In this document: in pieces, positions 53,680 through 58,225 of the stretch
Numbering within the stretch: the first letter of the stretch is position 1
Layout of the letters: each line of letters begins with the position of its first letter
Source: Gemmatimonadota bacterium
Lineage (GTDB): Bacteria > Desulfobacterota > Deferrimicrobia > Deferrimicrobiales > Deferrimicrobiaceae
Direction of reading: 5' to 3'
Length of the DNA stretch: 58,225 nt
NCBI GenBank assembly: GCA_050257455.1
Contig: JBLMWX010000164.1
Location: forward strand, 1 to 58,225
The notes under the pieces: model-generated
What the model was told of the DNA's origin: nothing
What the model saw: the letters and a program-made list of their open reading frames with translations, nothing else
The model's database searches: none
Program-made: the position numbers and the translations under genes

Positions 53680-54486
53680 GTGACACTTCTCTACGCGATC
53701 GTCCTCGGGATTCTCCAGGGGGCGACCGAGTTCCTTCCGGTCAGCAGCTCCGGGCACCTCTTCCTCGTCCAGCGGCTTCTCGGGCTCCGGGAACCGGAAC
53801 TCGCCTTCGACACGCTCCTCCACGTCGCGACCCTGCTGGCCGTCGTCGTCTTTCTCCGCCGGGAGATCGGCGAGATCCTGCGCTCCCTCTTCCGTCGGCG
53901 GCGCTTTCCCGCCGCCGACGACACCGCCGCCTGGGGGCGTCGCGACGTGCTCCTCGTGATCGTCTCCATGATCCCGACCGGGATCATCGGCCTCCTGTTC
54001 CACGACGCGGTCGAGACGGGGATCACGGTGCGGGGCGTCGGGATCCGGTACACGGTCCTCACCGGCTTCCTCCTCCTCAGCAGCCTCCGTCTCCGGCACA
54101 AGGCGGATCCCGAGCGGATCGAGGTATGGGAGGCGTTCGCCATCGGCGTGATCCAGGGAGCGGCGGTCTTCCCGGGCCTTTCCCGCTCCGGGTCCACGAT
54201 CTCCCTCGCGCTCGTTCTCGGGATCGGCGCCTCCCGGAGCGCGAGGTACTCGTTCATGATCTCGCTTCCCGCCATTCTCGGCGCCGCGCTGGTGAACCTT
54301 CACAAGGGAGTCTCGGTCCTTCCGCCGTTCGTGCCGTCCGCGGCCGGCTTCCTCTGCGCGACGATCGTGGGCTACCTTGCGCTCCTCGTCGTGGAGCGCC
54401 TCGTGACCCGCGGCCGGTTCACGCGGTTCGCGCCGTACACGCTGCTCCTGGCGGGGCTCTGTTTCTACCTGGGCTGGAAAGGCTGA
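53680..54486 (+). CDS. uppP: Undecaprenyl-diphosphate phosphatase
   Basis: GTG follows GGAGG. ILQGATEFLPVSSSGH and PGLSRSGSTI. Confidence 0.9.
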   Translation: MTLLYAIVLGILQGATEFLPVSSSGHLFLVQRLLGLREPELAFDTLLHVATLLAVVVFLRREIGEILRSLFRRRRFPAADDTAAWGRRDVLLVIVSMIPTGIIGLLFHDAVETGITVRGVGIRYTVLTGFLLLSSLRLRHKADPERIEVWEAFAIGVIQGAAVFPGLSRSGSTISLALVLGIGASRSARYSFMISLPAILGAALVNLHKGVSVLPPFVPSAAGFLCATIVGYLALLVVERLVTRGRFTRFAPYTLLLAGLCFYLGWKG

Positions 54487-54735
54487 CCGCCCCTCATCGA
54501 AACCGGGGAGCGGAAGGGATGGAAGGCGCCGCGACGGGACCTCCCTGCCCGATTCGCGCGCGCCGCATTCGGCGCCCCTTAAGGAGGCGCGCTTCTCCTT
54601 GAGCTGGAAGGGTTCCCGGGGGCGCGGGGCCGCGCGGCTGTCGGCGGGGTACGGGGTCGGCGGGATCGAGGCGTACGGCTTCTTTCCCCGGACCCCTCGC
54701 GCGGAGACGGTGGCCGTCCCGGCGCGGGTCTGACG

Positions 54736-55008
54736 CTAATAGAGGCGCAGCTTCCCGCTGGCGTAATACTCGGCGATCGAGTCCGCCATCCTCTCGACCG
54801 GCGTCCCGGCGGAGTCGCCGATCAGCCCGGGCACGGCCGCGGGCGTCGCCGGCCGGACGGTCGCCGGGGCAGGGGACGGCCTCGCGGAGGCGAGGCGGGG
54901 CGGGGCTTCCGCCGCCGGCCGGGGCGCGGTCCCCGACGCGAAAGTCGCCGCCGCGGGCGCCAGCATCGCCGCGATCGCCAGGAACACGGCCCAGCTCGTC
55001 CGGTTCAT
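54736..55008 (-). CDS. Small secreted hypothetical protein (Pro/Ala-rich)
   Basis: Signal peptide MNRTSWAVFLAIAAMLAPAAA. G-rich RBS. Low-complexity middle region, so coding status is uncertain. Confidence 0.4.
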   Translation of the reverse strand: MNRTSWAVFLAIAAMLAPAAATFASGTAPRPAAEAPPRLASARPSPAPATVRPATPAAVPGLIGDSAGTPVERMADSIAEYYASGKLRLY

Positions 55009-55271
55009 GGTCTACCCCCCCTTCGGTCGATCTGCCGGTCGCGGGACGGACGTCCTTCCCGCTCCCGTTGATCTTTCGGCGGGACAAGGGAAAGACTTTA
55101 GCCCTCGCTTCCCCGGGGCCGGAGGCGCGGATCGCCGGCGGGGACGGGATCGGCCGATCCGGGGGGTGCGGCGCCACGCCCGCGCAACCGCAACGGACCT
55201 TTTTCCAGAACGGACGCGGCGCCGACGGCATCTAAGACACAGTGGACGAGACCGGCTGACGGAGGCGATTC

Positions 55272-56285
55272 GTGAGCGCGATTTCACGGACGGAGGTTCC
55301 CGCACCGGGCGCGTCCGCACTGGGCGCGACCCGGGCGGAGGCGTGCGAGTGGTTCGGAAAGATGAGCCTGATCCGGCGGTTCGAGGAACGCGCGGAGGAG
55401 GCGTATGGGCGGGGCAGGATCGGCGGATTCCTCCATCTCTACATCGGGGAGGAGGCGATCGCGGTCGGCGCGATGGCGGCGCTGCGGCCGGACGACGACG
55501 TGGTCACGCATTACCGCGACCACGGGTACGTCCTGGCGCGCGGCATCGACCCGAAGCTCGTCATGGCGGAGCTGTACGGGAAGACGACCGGCCTTTCGAA
55601 GGGCAAGGGCGGCTCCATGCACCTGGCGGACGTCCGCCGCCATCTCTGGGGCGGCTACGCCATCGTCGGCGGGCACATCCCGATCGCGACCGGCCTGGCG
55701 CTGGCCAACCAGTACCTGGAGCGGTCCCGCGTCGTGGCCTGCTTCTTCGGCGAGGGCGCGACCAACAGCGGCGCGTTCTTCGCGGGCCTCAACATGGCCG
55801 GGGCGTGGAAATTGCCGCTGGTCGCGATCGTCGAGAACAACCGGTACGGAATGGGCACCGCGATCGAGCGCGTCTCGTCGGCCAAGGAGGTGTACCGGAA
55901 GGCGGCGGCGTTCGACATCCCGGCGGTCCAGATCGACGGGAACGACGTTCTCGCCGTGAGGGACGCCGTGCGCGAGATGGCCGAAAGGGCGCGTGCCGGC
56001 GGCGGTCCCTGCATGGTCGAGGCGAAGACGTACCGCTTCCGCGGGCACTCGATGGGCGATCCGCAGCGCTACCGCGCCAGGGAAGAAGTCGAATCGGCGA
56101 AGGCGCGGGATCCGATCGTTCTCTGGCGGCAATCCATCCTGGAATACGACCTGGCGACGCAGGCGGACCTGGAACGGATCGCGAACGAGGTCGCGTCGCA
56201 GGTCGATGCCGCCGTGCAGTTCGCGGAATCGAGCCCCGCCCCCGAGCCGGGCGAGCTCTCGAGCGATGTCCTGGCCGCGGAGTAG
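55272..56285 (+). CDS. pdhA: Pyruvate dehydrogenase E1 alpha subunit
   Basis: GTG follows GGAGG. YRDHG, GKGGSMH, TPP motif GEGATNSG..NN. Confidence 0.9.
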   Translation: MSAISRTEVPAPGASALGATRAEACEWFGKMSLIRRFEERAEEAYGRGRIGGFLHLYIGEEAIAVGAMAALRPDDDVVTHYRDHGYVLARGIDPKLVMAELYGKTTGLSKGKGGSMHLADVRRHLWGGYAIVGGHIPIATGLALANQYLERSRVVACFFGEGATNSGAFFAGLNMAGAWKLPLVAIVENNRYGMGTAIERVSSAKEVYRKAAAFDIPAVQIDGNDVLAVRDAVREMAERARAGGGPCMVEAKTYRFRGHSMGDPQRYRAREEVESAKARDPIVLWRQSILEYDLATQADLERIANEVASQVDAAVQFAESSPAPEPGELSSDVLAAE

Positions 56286-56292
56286 GTGAGCC

Positions 56293-57264
56293 ATGTCCCT
56301 GAAGACGTATCGCGACGCGATCCGCGAGGCGCTGCGCGAGGAGATGACGCGCGACGCGCGCGTGATGATCATGGGCGAAGAGGTCGGCGTGTGGGGCGGC
56401 ACCTACGCGGTCACGCGCAGCCTGTACGGGGAGTTCGGCGACAAGCGCGTCATCGACACGCCGATCGCCGAGGAGGCGATCGTCGGCGCCGCGGTGGGCG
56501 CGGCGATGGGCGGATTGCGGCCGGTCGCCGAGCTGATGACGATCAATTTCAGCCTGGTCGCCATGGACCAGATCGTCAACAACATGGCGAAGATCCACTA
56601 CATGTTCGGGGGGCAGGTCGCCGTGCCGATGGTCGTCCGCACGCCGGCCGGATGGGGGCAGCTCGCGGCGACGCATTCGCAGAGCCTGGAGGCGTGGTTT
56701 GCGCACATCCCCGGGCTGATCGTGGTCATGCCGGGGACGCCGTACGACGCCAAGGGACTTCTCAAGACGGCGATCCGGTCGGAGAACCCGGTCATGTTCA
56801 TCGAGCATGCGCGGCTATACGGAATCAAGGGGGAGGTGCCGGACGAGGAGTACCTCCTGCCGCTCGGCGCGTCGGACGTCAAGCGCGAAGGCGACGACGT
56901 CACGATCGTCACGTATTCCCGGATGCTCCACGTCGCGCTGGGCGCGGCGGAAGAGCTGTCCCGGGAGGGAACGGAATGCGAAGTGGTCGACCTGCGGACC
57001 CTGCGCCCGCTCGACATGGCGCCGGTGTACCGGTCGGTGCGAAAGACCCATCGTGCGCTCGTCGTCGGGGAGGATTGGACGACGTGCGGGATGGGCGCGG
57101 AGATCGCGGCGCGCATCGGCCACGACGCGTTCGACGACCTGGATGCGCCGGTCGAGCGCCTGGCCCAGGTCGAGGTGCCGATGCCGTACGCGAAGAACCT
57201 GGAAGCGCTGATGTTTCCCGACGAAAAGCGCGTGGCCGTCAAGATCCGGGAAATGCTGGGGTGA
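56293..57264 (+). CDS. pdhB: Pyruvate dehydrogenase E1 beta subunit
   Basis: VIDTPIAEEAIVGAAVGAAMGGLRPV, typical transketolase-like beta subunit. Confidence 0.9.
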   Translation: MSLKTYRDAIREALREEMTRDARVMIMGEEVGVWGGTYAVTRSLYGEFGDKRVIDTPIAEEAIVGAAVGAAMGGLRPVAELMTINFSLVAMDQIVNNMAKIHYMFGGQVAVPMVVRTPAGWGQLAATHSQSLEAWFAHIPGLIVVMPGTPYDAKGLLKTAIRSENPVMFIEHARLYGIKGEVPDEEYLLPLGASDVKREGDDVTIVTYSRMLHVALGAAEELSREGTECEVVDLRTLRPLDMAPVYRSVRKTHRALVVGEDWTTCGMGAEIAARIGHDAFDDLDAPVERLAQVEVPMPYAKNLEALMFPDEKRVAVKIREMLG

Positions 57265-57351
57265 ATGCGTCCGGGCGCCCCGTCGCCGGGGCGCGGGACG
57301 CGCAGGGATCCGTTCGCGGCGATCGCGAATGGAGCCGCGGAGGGAGGCGAC

Positions 57352-58225
57352 GATGGCCACGAACGTCATCATGCCCACGCTGGGGTTCGACATGACCGAG
57401 GGGACGCTGGCGCGCTGGCTGGTGGAGGAAGGCGACCGGATCGAGAAAGGGCAGGCGATCGCCGAGATCGAAACCGAGAAGGCGACCGTCGAGATCGAAG
57501 CGACCGCTTCGGGGGTCCTCGCGAAGGTGATCGTGTTGCCCGGCCGGACCGTGCCCGTCGGCACGGTGATCGGCGTGATCGCCGAGCCGGGCGAGGGCGT
57601 CGGGGAAGCGCCGGCGCCGGTCCCGCCTCCGGCGCCGCGCGCGGCGGGCGAAGAGGAAACGGGGGAGCCGGAGGCTCCGGCCGACGCCCGGCGCAAGGCG
57701 TCTCCGGTGGCGCGCAGGATGGCCGCGGAAGCCGGGATCGACCTGGCGCGGATCCGGGGCACCGGACCCGGCGGCCGCGTGATGGAGCGCGATGTCCGGG
57801 CGGCGATCGAGGCGCGGCCTCCGGCACCGCGCCCGGCGGGCGAAGAAGAGGAAAAGGGGGAGGCGGCCGCCCCGGCCCGCGGGAACCAGGTCCCCCTGAC
57901 GCGGATGCGCCAGGCGATCGCGCGCCGGATGACCGAGAGCAAGACGACCGCCCCGCACTTCTACGTCACCGTGGAGATCAACATGGACGAGGCGATGCGG
58001 GTGCGCGAGCAGCTGAACCGGCCGGCGTCGGACGCGGAGAAGGTCTCGATCAACGACCTGATCGTCGCGGCGGCGTCCCGGGCGCTGGCGCGGTTCCCGG
58101 AGCTGAACGCGTCCTACCGCGACGGCAGCCTCGAGTTGCACCCGGACGTCAACATCGGCATCGTGGTCGCGCTGGAGGCCGGGCTCCTCTCGCCGGTTCT
58201 CCGGAATGCGGACAGGAAATCGTTG
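57352..58225 (+). CDS. Dihydrolipoamide acetyltransferase E2 (3' end beyond the window)
   Basis: RBS GGAGGGAGG. Lipoyl domain EIETEKATVEIEA. PSBD ASPVARRMAAEAGIDL. The catalytic domain starts at PLTRMRQAIARRM. The frame is open to the window end. Confidence 0.85.

Noticed and set aside
1-58225. Search by eye for tRNA/rRNA genes, CRISPR repeats, IS elements, integrases and prophage genes
   Set aside because: No T-loop-like GGTTCGAATCC-type contexts with a cloverleaf. No regularly spaced direct repeats. No transposase, integrase or phage-like ORFs were recognised. A covariance-model scan (tRNAscan/Infernal) would be needed to exclude small RNAs.

Overview
Very GC-rich (about 65-70 % by eye, not computed) bacterial chromosomal segment. 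It is densely coding, with about 52 protein genes, many joined by 1-14 nt overlaps of the GTGA/ATGA type. I found no rRNA, tRNA, CRISPR array, transposase or integrase. Most long ORFs in the six-frame track are alternate-frame or antisense artefacts of the high GC content. Gene blocks in order: (1) a DUF4105 fragment, an in-frame fdhD-mobA fusion and mobB. (2) An AmpG/PAT-type MFS permease. (3) A DSF-type signalling pair, an RpfF-family crotonase convergent with an RpfC-like hybrid kinase, beside a B12-binding radical-SAM gene. (4) An OsmC-family gene split by one in-frame TGA at the catalytic Cys position, with a SECIS-like hairpin downstream, so a probable selenoprotein. It is translationally coupled to a Zn alcohol dehydrogenase. 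(5) A 585-bp non-coding region with two divergent sigma-54-type promoters, then pilY1-fimT-pilV-pilW-pilX plus a Cys-rich secreted protein. (6) A 10-gene cbb3 oxidase and assembly operon with non-canonical architecture, including two genes under 60 aa that the ORF track misses (ccoS and a ccoQ-like gene). (7) A GAF/PAS hybrid kinase. (8) An 8-gene operon: acsB-acsD-acsC-RACo, a core-MetE-like methyltransferase, cooC, DUF166 and LOG. It carries no CODH (acsA/cooS) and no AcsE gene and is the most interesting candidate system here. (9) amtB behind a sigma-54 promoter. (10) A visibly lower-GC pair, a patatin-like lipase and a secreted protein. (11) Housekeeping genes: PIG-L deacetylase, ychF, a REC-HD-GYP (RpfG-like) regulator, AMMECR1, an acyl-CoA ligase, nth, an XRE-cupin regulator, an ACT-malic enzyme, PMM/PGM, uppP and pdhA-pdhB-E2. 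A 25-nt palindromic motif also recurs at two convergent gene junctions. All family assignments come from motif recognition by eye and memory. No database search was run.
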